The translations under genes were made by a program, and so were the position numbers. Source: an uncultured Methanomicrobiaceae archaeon (GTDB lineage: Archaea; Halobacteriota; Methanomicrobia; Methanomicrobiales; Methanoculleaceae). Taken from it: 64,000 bases of DNA. Positions 9,966 to 20,259 of this stretch are shown in pieces. The stretch spans positions 384,001 through 448,000 of the forward strand of contig CAWGXH010000004.1 of NCBI GenBank assembly GCA_963826525.1, written 5' to 3'. Position 1 is the stretch's first letter; the number at the start of each line of letters is the position of its first letter. The notes beneath the pieces are model-generated. The model saw only the letters and a program-made list of their open reading frames with translations, was not told the origin of the DNA and searched no databases.

Positions 9966-11216
9966 GTGGTTTTCGAAGATCTCATCAATAAAACAGTCTG
10001 TGTCGCAGGCCTCGGCTACGTCGGCCTTCCGCTTGCCGACAGCTTTGCAGAACACCTATCGACAATCGGCTTTGATATCGACCAGAGGAAGATTGCCGCC
10101 ATTGAAGCACGGGAGAGGAACCGGATCACCGCCACATCCGACCCTGCCCGGATACGCGAGGCGGACTATGTGCTGCTCTGCGTCCCGACACCAGTCACGC
10201 GGTCGAAGGAGCCGGATATGCGCTTTGTCACGTCCGTTGCAGAAGTCGTCGGGAGAAACCTGAAACCCGGAGCGATCGTTGTCCTCGAATCGACCGTGTA
10301 TCCCGGGGTGACCGAAGAGGTGGTAGCACCGATCCTCGAACGCGAATCGGGACTCCGGTGCGGGACCGACTTTAAGGTGGGCTACTCTCCGGAGCGGATA
10401 AACCCGAGCGACGAGGCCCATACGCTCGATAAGATCACCAAGATCGTCTCGGGGATGGATGCAGAGACGACGGAGATCCTTGCCGGCTTGTATGGACTGG
10501 TCACAACCGTCTACGTGGCACCCGACATCAGGACCGCAGAGGCGGCAAAGGTGATCGAGAACGTGCAGCGCGATCTCAACATTGCCCTGATGAACGAACT
10601 TGCAATCATCTTCCACAGAATGGGCATCGATACGGCATCTGTCCTGAAAGCGGCAGGAACGAAATGGAATTTTCATCAGTACACGCCGGGTCTCGTCGGC
10701 GGCCACTGTATTCCGGTCGACCCCTATTACCTCGTCTATCGGGCGAAAGAGCTCGGGTACCATCCGCAGGTGATCCTCGCCGGACGGGCGATCAACGACT
10801 ATGTCCCCCGGCACATCGCCGAAATGGTTGTCAAGGGACTCAATGAGCAGGGAATGGTCATCAAGGGATCGAACGTCCTGATCATGGGACTGACCTACAA
10901 AGAGAATGTGCCCGATACCCGGGAAAGCCCGGTCAAAGAGATCGTCGCCTATCTGAAAGAGTTCGGTGTCAACGTATACGGCCACGACCCCCTGCTCTCC
11001 CTGAGCGAGATGGAGACCTTCGATCTTGTGCCGCTCGAGGAGATTGACGTCAAGGCCGATGCCGTCGTCGTCGCCGTTGCGCACGACCAGTTCAGGGATC
11101 TCTCGCTCGATCAGGTAGGCAGCATCATGAATTCGAGCAGAGTTCTCATCGATGTACGGGGAGTCTTTGCCGACAGAAACCCCGCCGGGGACGGGTTCTA
11201 TTATAAGCGGCTGTGA
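9966..11216 (+). CDS. Nucleotide-sugar 6-dehydrogenase (UDP-HexNAc dehydrogenase, WbpO/TviB-like)
   Basis: GLGYVGLP, LESTVYPG, YSPERINP, AEAAKVIENVQRD, GLVGGHCIPVDP; GTG start preferred over the longer ORF from 9843. Confidence 0.92.
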   Translation: MVFEDLINKTVCVAGLGYVGLPLADSFAEHLSTIGFDIDQRKIAAIEARERNRITATSDPARIREADYVLLCVPTPVTRSKEPDMRFVTSVAEVVGRNLKPGAIVVLESTVYPGVTEEVVAPILERESGLRCGTDFKVGYSPERINPSDEAHTLDKITKIVSGMDAETTEILAGLYGLVTTVYVAPDIRTAEAAKVIENVQRDLNIALMNELAIIFHRMGIDTASVLKAAGTKWNFHQYTPGLVGGHCIPVDPYYLVYRAKELGYHPQVILAGRAINDYVPRHIAEMVVKGLNEQGMVIKGSNVLIMGLTYKENVPDTRESPVKEIVAYLKEFGVNVYGHDPLLSLSEMETFDLVPLEEIDVKADAVVVAVAHDQFRDLSLDQVGSIMNSSRVLIDVRGVFADRNPAGDGFYYKRL

Positions 11217-11355
11217 CTGCTCGAAAAGAGCGATTTTAACACATACGGGAATGCGGGGGTGTATCCCGCATCCCCTCATCCTGCGGCAAACCGGCGTTGG
11301 TTCGCCGCCGTTCTCCAAGAGGTGGTAACCAGGCGGATTTTTCTGCCGCACACCG

Positions 11356-14306
11356 TCAGGATGACGGCACGGCGGCAAGGTCGCTGGTTATGAGAAGTTT
11401 ATCCAGTTTGGTACCGTCCTCTCTCCACATCACTTTCAGCGCGTGCTTGCCTGCGGAAAGGGTGTACTGACCTACTTTGTTCCACGTCCAGACCTTGCCG
11501 GTGGCGGGCTCCCACTTGAACGCCGCACCACCGTCGATAGAGACCCAGAACGAGTCCGTCGTGCTGTCCGGGGCGAGCGTTCTGCCGTGGATGGCATACT
11601 GACCGGCCGCAGACAGATCGAACGTGTAGGTTGCAGTTCCCGTGGTCGGCGCGGAGGCGCGTGCACCGGTGCCGGTCGGGACGACAATATACTTCCCGCC
11701 CGATGCGGCAACATCGTTGAGCGCCTGCATGGGTGCGACGAGCGTGCCGCTCTCCGCCTCAATCACAATATCTTTCTCGACCGGGATGTCGATGGGAGTT
11801 CCATCGCCCATACCTTCCGGTACAAAGGTCGGATCGCTGCTGACGACGACCTTGTCGATCTTCGTGCCGTCCTCACGTAGCATCACCTTCAGGGTGTGCG
11901 TGCCGGCGGCCAGCGGATAGGATCCCATCTTGTTCCAGGTCCACTCCGAACCTGTGCCCGGTTCCCACTTGAAGGCCGCACCACCGTCGATGGAGACCCA
12001 GAACGAGTCGTCCGTGCTCGACGGGGCGAGTGTCCGTCCGTGAACGGCATAGGTGCCCGAGGCGGGGACGGTGAACGTAACGGTTACCGCTCCATCCACG
12101 GGGGGCGAGGCCCGGTTGCCTGCACCCTGCGGTGCCCAGACGTACTTGCCGCCGGATGCGGATGCATCGGATGCAACGACCATCGGGCTTGCCGGGACTG
12201 CAGACTCCATCTCAACCCAGACCTGGGGGCTGGTCGGAGTCGGGGTCGGTGTGGGGGTAGGGCTCGGCGTCGGGGTCGGCGTCGGCGTCACAACCGGATC
12301 GGCCGCTCCGCCGGTGCCGGTCGGCACGAAACCGGGGTCATTGGTGGCGAGGAGCTTGTCGAGTTTCGCTCCGTCCTCGCGCCACATCACCTTCACGGTG
12401 TGGTCACCGGGGGTGAGCGAGTACGAATCCGACCTTCGTCCACTGCCAGTCGGTGCTCACGACGGGCGCCCAGCTGAATGCGGCTGCACCGTCGATGGAG
12501 ACCCAGAACGAGTCGCTCGCGCTGTCCGGAGCACTACACCGGCCATAGATGGCGTAGGTGCCTGCCTCGGAGACGCTGATCCGGGAGGTCGCGGTTCCCT
12601 CGGTTGCCGGGGGCTGCACGGAATGTCCGGTTCCCTCAGGAACCCCGATGTACTTCCCGCCGGAGGCTGCTGTATCGGCAGCTGCCGTCATCGGTGCGGT
12701 TATGCCGGCCGCTTCAGCCTCGTACCAGAGGTACACCGGATTATCGACAGGAGTCGGCGTCGGGGTAGGTGTCGGTGAAATCACACCGGAGCCGACAACG
12801 ACACCGCTTGTGTCGACAGCCGTTCCGCCGATGACCTTGACGGCGCTCGTGCTGGTCGTGGCGATCGTACCGGTCACCTTAACGCGCTGGGCGTTCTCAA
12901 AGCAGAGAACGATCGATGACTTACAGTTCTGGGCGTGGATATCGATCGTGCTGTCGGTCAGCGGGCCGTTCCACATACTGTAGGCAAACGGATCGTCGGA
13001 TGCCGTCGTCGCCGCGAACTTGGCTGCCGTGACGGTCGAAGAGCCCGTGTGCAGCGGGTAGCCTGCAGCACCGTTCAGGTAGAAGTCCTCGACCTTCATG
13101 TTCCAGGCCTTCGAGAGGACGATCCCCTGGCGGACGGCGTCGTTCGAGGTGCAGTTCGTCATGGTGATATCATGGCCGTGCCTGACCACGAAGCCGTACC
13201 AGGAGGCGTCGTCCCGGCAGTTCACGAAGGTGTCGTCGGAACACTGGCTGACACTACCGCCGCTGACCAGATACCCGTGCTTGTTGTTGTACGAGTAGCA
13301 GTTCTCGAGGTTGCATCCCTTCGGGACGGTGAACCCGGCGCCGAACATGCACTTGTCTTTGCCCTTCTGGGCGTTGTTGACGCTGACGCAGTCCTTGAAG
13401 TTCACGTTCTTGCTGCTCAGGTATGAGAAGCCCTCGAGGTGGAACCCGCTCTCCTGGTTGCCTTCTGCGTAGCAGCCGACGATCCAGGCATTCTCGATGT
13501 TGTTCTTCTCGAGGATGTCAAACCCGGTCACCCACGGCCCCGTCGAGACGGAGCTGTATCTGCCGCAGTTGATGAGCTTCGCAGTTGATGTACCGGACGT
13601 TCTTGATCAGGTTCGGGCTTCCCTCACCGCTGTTCAGGAACCCGTAGCGGCCGCAGTCGATCGCCTTGCAGTTCACGAACTCGACGTCCTCGACGACTTT
13701 GTTGGCCGCCCAGACGTAGAATCCGCCGATCCGCGAGTTGTCGACCGTCATCGTCACATTACGGACACGGGCGTGGTTGGTCTCGATGAGCATGTCGGCC
13801 TTGCCGGTCACCTTGAAGTCGGCGAACGTCACGTACTGTGAACGGATCCGAAGGCCCCCGTCGCCCGGAAACTTCAGGATTGTGGCGTCAGGCCCCTCGC
13901 CTTTCAGCGTCTTGTACGCGGCGGGCTGCAGGTTGCCGGCACAGTTGTACGTTCCCTTCAGCAGGAGAACCGTTCCGCCGCCGGCAGGGAGGGCATTGAG
14001 GGCGGCCTGAATCTCGACATGGTCGTTAGACCCGTCGCAGACGTATTTGGCCGACGCCTTTGCTGCTGCACTGCTGTCGCTTGCTGCTACGAGGATTGTC
14101 GTCGTGCTTCCGCCGGACTCAGCCCAGTTCGAGCCGGTAGCGGTGCGAAGCTGCGTCACGGTATCCGCGACCTTTGCATCGGAATACCGGAGATCCTGGA
14201 AATCTGTCGATGTCGCTGCTGATGCACTCATCGGCACAATGGCCGATGCAAAACAGAGCACCAGAAATACTGAGATTACTTGTCTTGCTGATGGTCGATC
14301 TCCCAT
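11356..14306 (-). CDS. Secreted right-handed beta-helix (pectin-lyase-like) protein with three C-terminal carbohydrate-binding-like repeats; paralog 1, two apparent frameshifts (~13574, ~12427)
   Basis: Signal peptide; core shared with three neighbouring paralogs; three EAE...ASGGKY...DSFWVSIDG...W.W...REDG.K.DK repeats; PT linkers precede the first two repeats; removing two single inserted bases joins the three ORFs into ~980 aa. Confidence 0.85.
12236..12293 (-). repeat. Pro-Thr linker repeat (TPTPTPTPSPTPTPTPTPT); a shorter one lies at ~12751-12780
   Basis: Degenerate 6-bp GTCGGN tandem repeat encoding (TP)n. Confidence 0.85.
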
Positions 14307-14773
14307 TACTCACCTCCGTTTCTGGGGTTGATGCATTATCTATGGAGAATTGTATAAGAAGTTTCTTAATTTTATCTGACTATTATTATAAGTCGCATGC
14401 CCAAAATAATGGGATATATTAGTCCTTTTTGCTAAATCTAAGAGAATCAGGAAAGGAGGGTTTGGGTTAATTATTAATACTAAGAATCGGCCGCGGTGCA
14501 GCCCGATAATGCGTCCGTAGGGCGGGGCGATTCCGGAGTACGGGGGGCGGATAGCGACCCCCCATGCCCCGTGCAGGAGCCTTCCCAAGAGAGAGGCCGC
14601 CTGCCGGACCCTGGAAAACACGCATACCTTACCCCATCCGATAGCAGGAATCAAGACCGTGCCGCACCAGCGCACCACTCGGGCATAATCGCCGGGGTTG
14701 ACTGTCCCGCCTCTCCCGGGAAGGCGTCTGGGTGCTCATCGGCGTATGCAGAAACGATAACGGCACCGCCTGT

Positions 14774-14780
14774 AAAAAAA
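14774..14780 (-). terminator. Putative archaeal oligo-T terminator of beta-helix paralog 2
   Basis: T7 run on the minus strand ~20 bp after the stop codon. Confidence 0.5.
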
Positions 14781-14799
14781 GAGAAGGGAATTTAGAGTC

Positions 14800-16377
14800 T
14801 CAATCGATCAGCGGTATCAGAATCGGTACCAGAATTGGTTTCAGTTCCGGAATAGCGCCGCCGTTCGAGACCACAACACCGGAGACATCGACGTTCGATC
14901 CCCCGATGACCTTCACCGCATTGGGGCTGCTCGATACGATGTTGCCGGTTACGGTCACTCTTTCTGCGTTCTCAAGGCAGATGACGGTATCCGATTCACA
15001 CCCTTCAGCATTGATATCGATCGTGCTGTCGGTGACCGGCCCGTGCCACATGCCCCCGGCGAAGGGATCGTCGGCAGTCTTGGTTCCGGCGAACTTTGCA
15101 GCCGTGACGGTCGAAGACCCGGCATGCAGTGGGTATCCTCCGGCGTTCCTCATGGTGAAGTTCTCGACCGTGAGGTTCCAGGCCTTCGAGAGGACGATTC
15201 CGTCGCGTTCAGCGTCGTTTGAGACGCAGTCGGTGATCGAGCTGTCGTAGCCGTGACGGAACATAAAGCCGTACCAGGAGGCGTCGTCCCGGCAGTTCTT
15301 CATGGTGATATCATAGCACTTGCTGATGCTGCCACCGCTGACGAGGAAACCGTGCTTGTTGTTGTACGAGTAGCAGTTCTCGAGGTTGCATCCCTTGGGG
15401 GTCGTGAACCCGGCGCCGAACATGGCATTCTCTTTGCCCTTCGCGGCATTGTTGATGCTGACGCAGTCCTTGAAGTTCACGTTCTTGATGTTCAGATACG
15501 AGAAGCCCTCGAGGTGGAACCCGCTCTCCTGGTTGCCTTCCGCGTAGCAGCCGACGATCCAGGCATCCTCGATATCGTTCTTCTCGACGATATCAAACCC
15601 GGTCACCCAGGGGCCGGTATTGACGTAGCTGTCCCGTCCGCAGTTGATAGCTTCGCAGTTGATGAACCGGACGTTCTTGACGAGTTTCGGCGACCCTTCA
15701 CCGCTGTTGATGAACCCATAGCGGCCGCAGTCGATCGCCTTGCAGTTCACGAACTCGACGTCTTCGACGACTTTGTTGGCCGCCCAGACGTAGAAGGCAC
15801 CGATCCGCGAGTTGTCCACCGTCATCGTCACGTTGTGGACGCGTGCATGGCTCTGGGCAACGAGCAGGTCGGCGGTGCCGAGGATCGTGAAGTCTGCAAA
15901 GGTTACATAGGACGAACGGACTCGTGGTCCGCCCACACCCGGAAACTTCAGGATTGTGGCGTCGGCGCCCGAACCTTTCAGCGTGGTGTAGGCACCGGGC
16001 TGCAGGTTGCCGGCACAGTTGAACGTACCCTCCGTCAGGAGGACGGTTCCGCCGGCGGGCAGCGCCTTGAGAGCGGCCTGAATCTCCAGGTGATCATTGA
16101 CCCCGTCACAGGTGTAATCTGCCTGAGCCTTTGACGCTTCACCGGCATCGTATGCCGCCACAACGAGCGTCACCGTGCCTGCTTCCGCGGTAGCCCATTC
16201 CGAGCTCTCCGTGCGCAGGCTGTTTGTGTATTCCGACACTTGTTCTTCGGTCAGGCGCAGATCTTCGATAGGCGTGGCAGCGGTTCCGGCTGCTGTACCG
16301 GCCGGCATCATCGCCGACACCAGGCACAGCACCAGAACCGTGCTTATCACGTGTTTCATGGTTTGTCTGTATCTCAG
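14800..16377 (-). CDS. Secreted beta-helix protein, paralog 2 (start CTG 16377 or ATG 16359)
   Basis: Signal peptide; core VTMTVDNSRIGAFYVWAAN...EGNQESGFHLEG...FGAGFT; short tail PILVPILIPLID. Confidence 0.88.
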   Translation of the reverse strand: MRYRQTMKHVISTVLVLCLVSAMMPAGTAAGTAATPIEDLRLTEEQVSEYTNSLRTESSEWATAEAGTVTLVVAAYDAGEASKAQADYTCDGVNDHLEIQAALKALPAGGTVLLTEGTFNCAGNLQPGAYTTLKGSGADATILKFPGVGGPRVRSSYVTFADFTILGTADLLVAQSHARVHNVTMTVDNSRIGAFYVWAANKVVEDVEFVNCKAIDCGRYGFINSGEGSPKLVKNVRFINCEAINCGRDSYVNTGPWVTGFDIVEKNDIEDAWIVGCYAEGNQESGFHLEGFSYLNIKNVNFKDCVSINNAAKGKENAMFGAGFTTPKGCNLENCYSYNNKHGFLVSGGSISKCYDITMKNCRDDASWYGFMFRHGYDSSITDCVSNDAERDGIVLSKAWNLTVENFTMRNAGGYPLHAGSSTVTAAKFAGTKTADDPFAGGMWHGPVTDSTIDINAEGCESDTVICLENAERVTVTGNIVSSSPNAVKVIGGSNVDVSGVVVSNGGAIPELKPILVPILIPLID

Positions 16378-16735
16378 GATTTCACCTCCGAGGTGACACC
16401 AGCTCATATAATAATAATTTTATAAAAACCTATTGAAAATAAACAGGAGTATGAGCACAAAGATCCAAAGCATTGAGGAGATATAGCGGAACTAAAGGCC
16501 TGTGAGAGGTTTTTTAGCAGAGATTACACCGGAGATAGTTATAAATATGCGATACTGCAGCAGTGCTGGCGGGCCCGGGAGGTTTGTGATGAACACTTCC
16601 CCGAACGAGATCACCGGGGACGAAAAACGCAGACGGAAGTGTAGACAGAAAAAAGATCGATGGCGGGGATGGCCGCCACCGGGCGGTGCTATCGGTGCGG
16701 TTTACCCACGAGGGGATCCCGCAACACTATTCCGC

Positions 16736-18229
16736 TTATGCGGTTGGGATAAAGACCGGGGCGCTTAATGTCTCTGCCACAGGTGCGTCGACCGTTGCAG
16801 AAGATACTTCTGCATTCACGCTTCCCGCAGCGGTGAATCCTGCAGTATCGACTGCCGTTCCACCGGCGACCCCTACCGGGTCTGCACTGGTGGTGACAGC
16901 GTCACCGGTGAGGGTAACCCGCTCGGCGTTCTCAAGGTAGACGATTGTGTCACATGTAACACCCTCGGCATGGATGTCAAGCGTGCTGTCGGTGACCGGA
17001 CCGTCCCACATACTGTAGGCGAACTGGTCGTCCGATGCCTTCGTTCCGGCGATCTTCACCGCAGCCATCTCGGAAGACCCTGCATGGACTTTATAGCCTG
17101 CAGTGCCGACCAGCCTGAAGTCCTCGGCTCTGATGTTCCAGGCCTTTGAGAGGACGAGACCCTGTCGTGCCGCATCCTTTGACTCGCAGTTCGTCAGGGT
17201 GCAGTCGTAGCCGTGGCGGATCGTGAACCCGTAGTCCGATCCTTCATCGGTGCAGTTCACAAAGGTGTTGCCGAACCCCTTGCTGACGCTGCCGCCGCTG
17301 ACGAGGTAGCCGTGCTTGTTGTTGACTGAGGTACAGTTCTCAAGCGTGGTACCCTTCGGGACGGTGAACCCGGCGCCGAACATGCAGGCATCCTTGCCCT
17401 TCGCGGCATTGTTGACGCTGACGCAGTCCTGGAACCGGACGTTCTCGATGTTCAGGTACGAGAAGCCCTCGAGGTGGAACCCGCTCTCCTGGTTGCCTTC
17501 CGCGTAGCAGCCGATGAGCTCGGCGCCGTCGATATCGTTCTTCTCGACGATATCAAACCCGGTCACCCAGGGGCCGGTCTTGACGTAGCTGTCCCGTCCG
17601 CAGTTGATCGCCTCGCAGTTGATATACTTGATATCCTTCACGAGCCGGGGCGACCCTTCGCCGCTGTTGATGAACCCGTAGCGGCCGCAGTCGATCGCCT
17701 TGCAGTTCTCAAAGACGGTGTCTTCGACGACATCGTTGGCCGCCCAGACGTAGAAGGCACCGATGCGGGAGTTGTCCACCGTCATCGTCACGTTACGGAC
17801 GCGGGCGTGATCGTCCTCGATCATCATGTCGGCCTTGCCAACGACCTTGAAGTCGGCGAACGTCACCGACGGTGCACGGATCCGAAGGCCGCCGTCGCCC
17901 GGATAGTTCAGGACGGTGGCATCTTCCCCGGCACCCTGCAGGGTCTTTCCTTCCCCGGGCTGGATGTTGCCGGCGCAGTTGAACGTACCCTCCGTCAGGA
18001 GGACGATTCCACCAGCAGGCAGGGCATCGAGAGCCTGCTGAATCTCCACGTGATCGCTTGTACCGTCGCAGATGTAGCTGGCCTGAGTTTTTGCTTCTTC
18101 GCTGCTGTCATATGCAGCCACGACAAGCGTGGTTGATCCCGCTGCCGCCCCTGCCGGTGCAAAAACCGGAATGAGGCAGAAGACCAGGAGCACTGCAACC
18201 AGTCGTTTCATACTTCGCGTGTCTCTCAT
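16736..18229 (-). CDS. Secreted beta-helix protein, paralog 3
   Basis: Signal peptide; same core; Ala/Thr-rich tail; SD GGAGTGAG. Confidence 0.88.
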   Translation of the reverse strand: MRDTRSMKRLVAVLLVFCLIPVFAPAGAAAGSTTLVVAAYDSSEEAKTQASYICDGTSDHVEIQQALDALPAGGIVLLTEGTFNCAGNIQPGEGKTLQGAGEDATVLNYPGDGGLRIRAPSVTFADFKVVGKADMMIEDDHARVRNVTMTVDNSRIGAFYVWAANDVVEDTVFENCKAIDCGRYGFINSGEGSPRLVKDIKYINCEAINCGRDSYVKTGPWVTGFDIVEKNDIDGAELIGCYAEGNQESGFHLEGFSYLNIENVRFQDCVSVNNAAKGKDACMFGAGFTVPKGTTLENCTSVNNKHGYLVSGGSVSKGFGNTFVNCTDEGSDYGFTIRHGYDCTLTNCESKDAARQGLVLSKAWNIRAEDFRLVGTAGYKVHAGSSEMAAVKIAGTKASDDQFAYSMWDGPVTDSTLDIHAEGVTCDTIVYLENAERVTLTGDAVTTSADPVGVAGGTAVDTAGFTAAGSVNAEVSSATVDAPVAETLSAPVFIPTA

Positions 18230-18624
18230 GCTGCTCACTCCTCACATGGAGGTAGATCTGCATCTCTGAATCGCAATATAAATAATTATCCTATAATATC
18301 ACCTTTATAAAAATTGAGATCTGAGGAATAGGGCATATGATAATGGGAGTTTTTTATTTCAGGTTGAGAATAATAATTAAATCCGTGATGAGATGTAATA
18401 TATACTAGAACTTCGATCAATATCGGAGCGTTTAAATAATCGCGCTGATTGGCCGGCGCCATCCCCGGTGAGTTTCGAGAATAGCGGGGAAAAACAGGTT
18501 TTTGCGGGCAGGGAAGACTGCGCAAGCCGCCTCTGCGAGAAAGCTTTCAGTTCAGGGGCAACTTCCTCTTTCCCGGCCTACCTGCTTACAGACGTGGGTT
18601 TCGGAGAGAAAGGGGGGTTGTGAA

Positions 18625-20259
18625 CTACTTTCTCCGCCGGAGGAGGAAGATCACGGCAAAGCCTGCCAGAGCAAGACCGATACCAAAGCCGGGCTGCTGT
18701 GTCGGCGTCGGAGAGGCGGTCTCTGCTTCAGCAATGATATCGCAGTTGACAAAGGAGGTCTTCGCCCCGGTCACGAGGACGTTGCTGACCTTTACCTTCT
18801 CCCCGGCACGGTTCTCGATCCCGGCATCGAAGGTTTTCGCGTCCGTCTCTGTTCGAATAGTGCTGTCCTTAATCTGGATGGTACCGGCCTCGGAGACATC
18901 GTTATTCACAAAGATACCGTAGACGATATCCTTCTGCCCGCGAGAGACTACCGTGATATCGTGTAGCGTGACCTCCCGGCTCTCAGGCCCGGTCACTGTC
19001 AGGGCATGCGGCCGGGATGTTACGATATCACCACTCATAATAACCCCGTATGAGTCCTGAATCAACACGTCGTGGTGATCGTCGGCACCGCTTCCGACCG
19101 GCGCAATTCCGGCTCCTTGCTCCGAAGGTCTGCTCTTAAACGCCTCGACACTGATGTTGTGGGATCGATCGATGGTCAGGGAGCGGAGCTCTGCTCCGAT
19201 AGCCTCGCATTCCTTAAGCGTGAACCCGGAACCATGATCGACGGTGAACCCGTAGTCGGAGCCGGTGTCGGTGCATCGGATAAAGGAGACATCGTGACCC
19301 TGTACGCTTGCGCCGTTGATCAGGAAGCCATGCTTATTGTTCTCCGAGGTGCAGTTCTCAAACGTGACCCCCTTCGAGACGGTGAACCCGGCGCCGAACG
19401 TTGACGCATCCTTACCCTTCTGGGCGTTGTTGACGCTAACGCAGTCCTGGAACCGGACGTTCTTGATGTTCAGGTACGAGAAGCCCTCAAGGTGGAACCC
19501 ACTCTCCTGGTTGCCTTCCGCGTAGCAGCCGATGAGCTCGGCGCCGTCGATGTCGTTCTTCTCGACGATGTCGAACCCGGTCACCCAAGGCCCCGTGGAG
19601 ACGGAGCTCGCCCGCCCGCAGTTGATCGCCTCGCAGTTGAGGTACGTGATATCTTTTACGAGCCGCGGTTCGCCTTCGCCGCTGTTGAGGAACCCATAAC
19701 GGCCGCAGTCGATCGCCTTGCAGTTCTCAAAGACGGTGTCTTCGATTATGGTGTTGGCCGCCCAGACGTAGAAGGCGCCGATCCGGGAGTTGTCCACCGT
19801 CATCGTCACGTCACATATGCGAGCATGGCTCTCGGCGATGAGGATATCGGCAACCCCGGTGACGGTGAAACCTTTCAGCGTAACCGACGGGTGATAGACC
19901 CTGATTCCGCCGGCCTTCGGGAAGGCAAGCGTGGTGGCCTCAGGCCCGGCTCCTTCGAGCACGGCTCTTGCCGGGGGTTCGATATTGCCGGCGAGGTTGT
20001 ACGTCCCTCCCGCGAGGCGGACGGTACCACCGCTACCAGGCAGGGTGTTGAGAGCCTGCTGGATCTGAACGTGATCGTTGACTCCATCGCAGATGTAACT
20101 GGCCTTCGCTTTTTCGGCTGCGTTGCTATCGCTCGCAGCCACAATAACGGCAGGAACATCGGCACCGACACCTGGGTCTGTCAGAAACGGAGCCAGAATC
20201 ATTCCGAAAATCAGGAGTACCACTGCAATCAAGAGGATCACGCTACCGGTTAACTTCAA
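18625..20259 (-). CDS. Beta-helix protein, paralog 4, with PGF-CTERM archaeosortase sorting signal
   Basis: N-terminal hydrophobic signal; same core; divergent C-terminal half ending PTPTQQ-PGF-GIGLALAGFAVIFLL-RRRK. Confidence 0.88.
   Translation of the reverse strand: MKLTGSVILLIAVVLLIFGMILAPFLTDPGVGADVPAVIVAASDSNAAEKAKASYICDGVNDHVQIQQALNTLPGSGGTVRLAGGTYNLAGNIEPPARAVLEGAGPEATTLAFPKAGGIRVYHPSVTLKGFTVTGVADILIAESHARICDVTMTVDNSRIGAFYVWAANTIIEDTVFENCKAIDCGRYGFLNSGEGEPRLVKDITYLNCEAINCGRASSVSTGPWVTGFDIVEKNDIDGAELIGCYAEGNQESGFHLEGFSYLNIKNVRFQDCVSVNNAQKGKDASTFGAGFTVSKGVTFENCTSENNKHGFLINGASVQGHDVSFIRCTDTGSDYGFTVDHGSGFTLKECEAIGAELRSLTIDRSHNISVEAFKSRPSEQGAGIAPVGSGADDHHDVLIQDSYGVIMSGDIVTSRPHALTVTGPESREVTLHDITVVSRGQKDIVYGIFVNNDVSEAGTIQIKDSTIRTETDAKTFDAGIENRAGEKVKVSNVLVTGAKTSFVNCDIIAEAETASPTPTQQPGFGIGLALAGFAVIFLLRRRK

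Noticed and set aside
12236-12293. Short GTCGGN repeats as a CRISPR array or contingency locus
   Set aside because: Degenerate in-frame Pro-Thr linker with no spacers and no cas genes
11356-20259. Beta-helix array as phage tailspikes or a DGR target set
   Set aside because: Signal peptides and PGF-CTERM indicate host surface proteins; no phage genes, reverse transcriptase or adenine-specific variation seen
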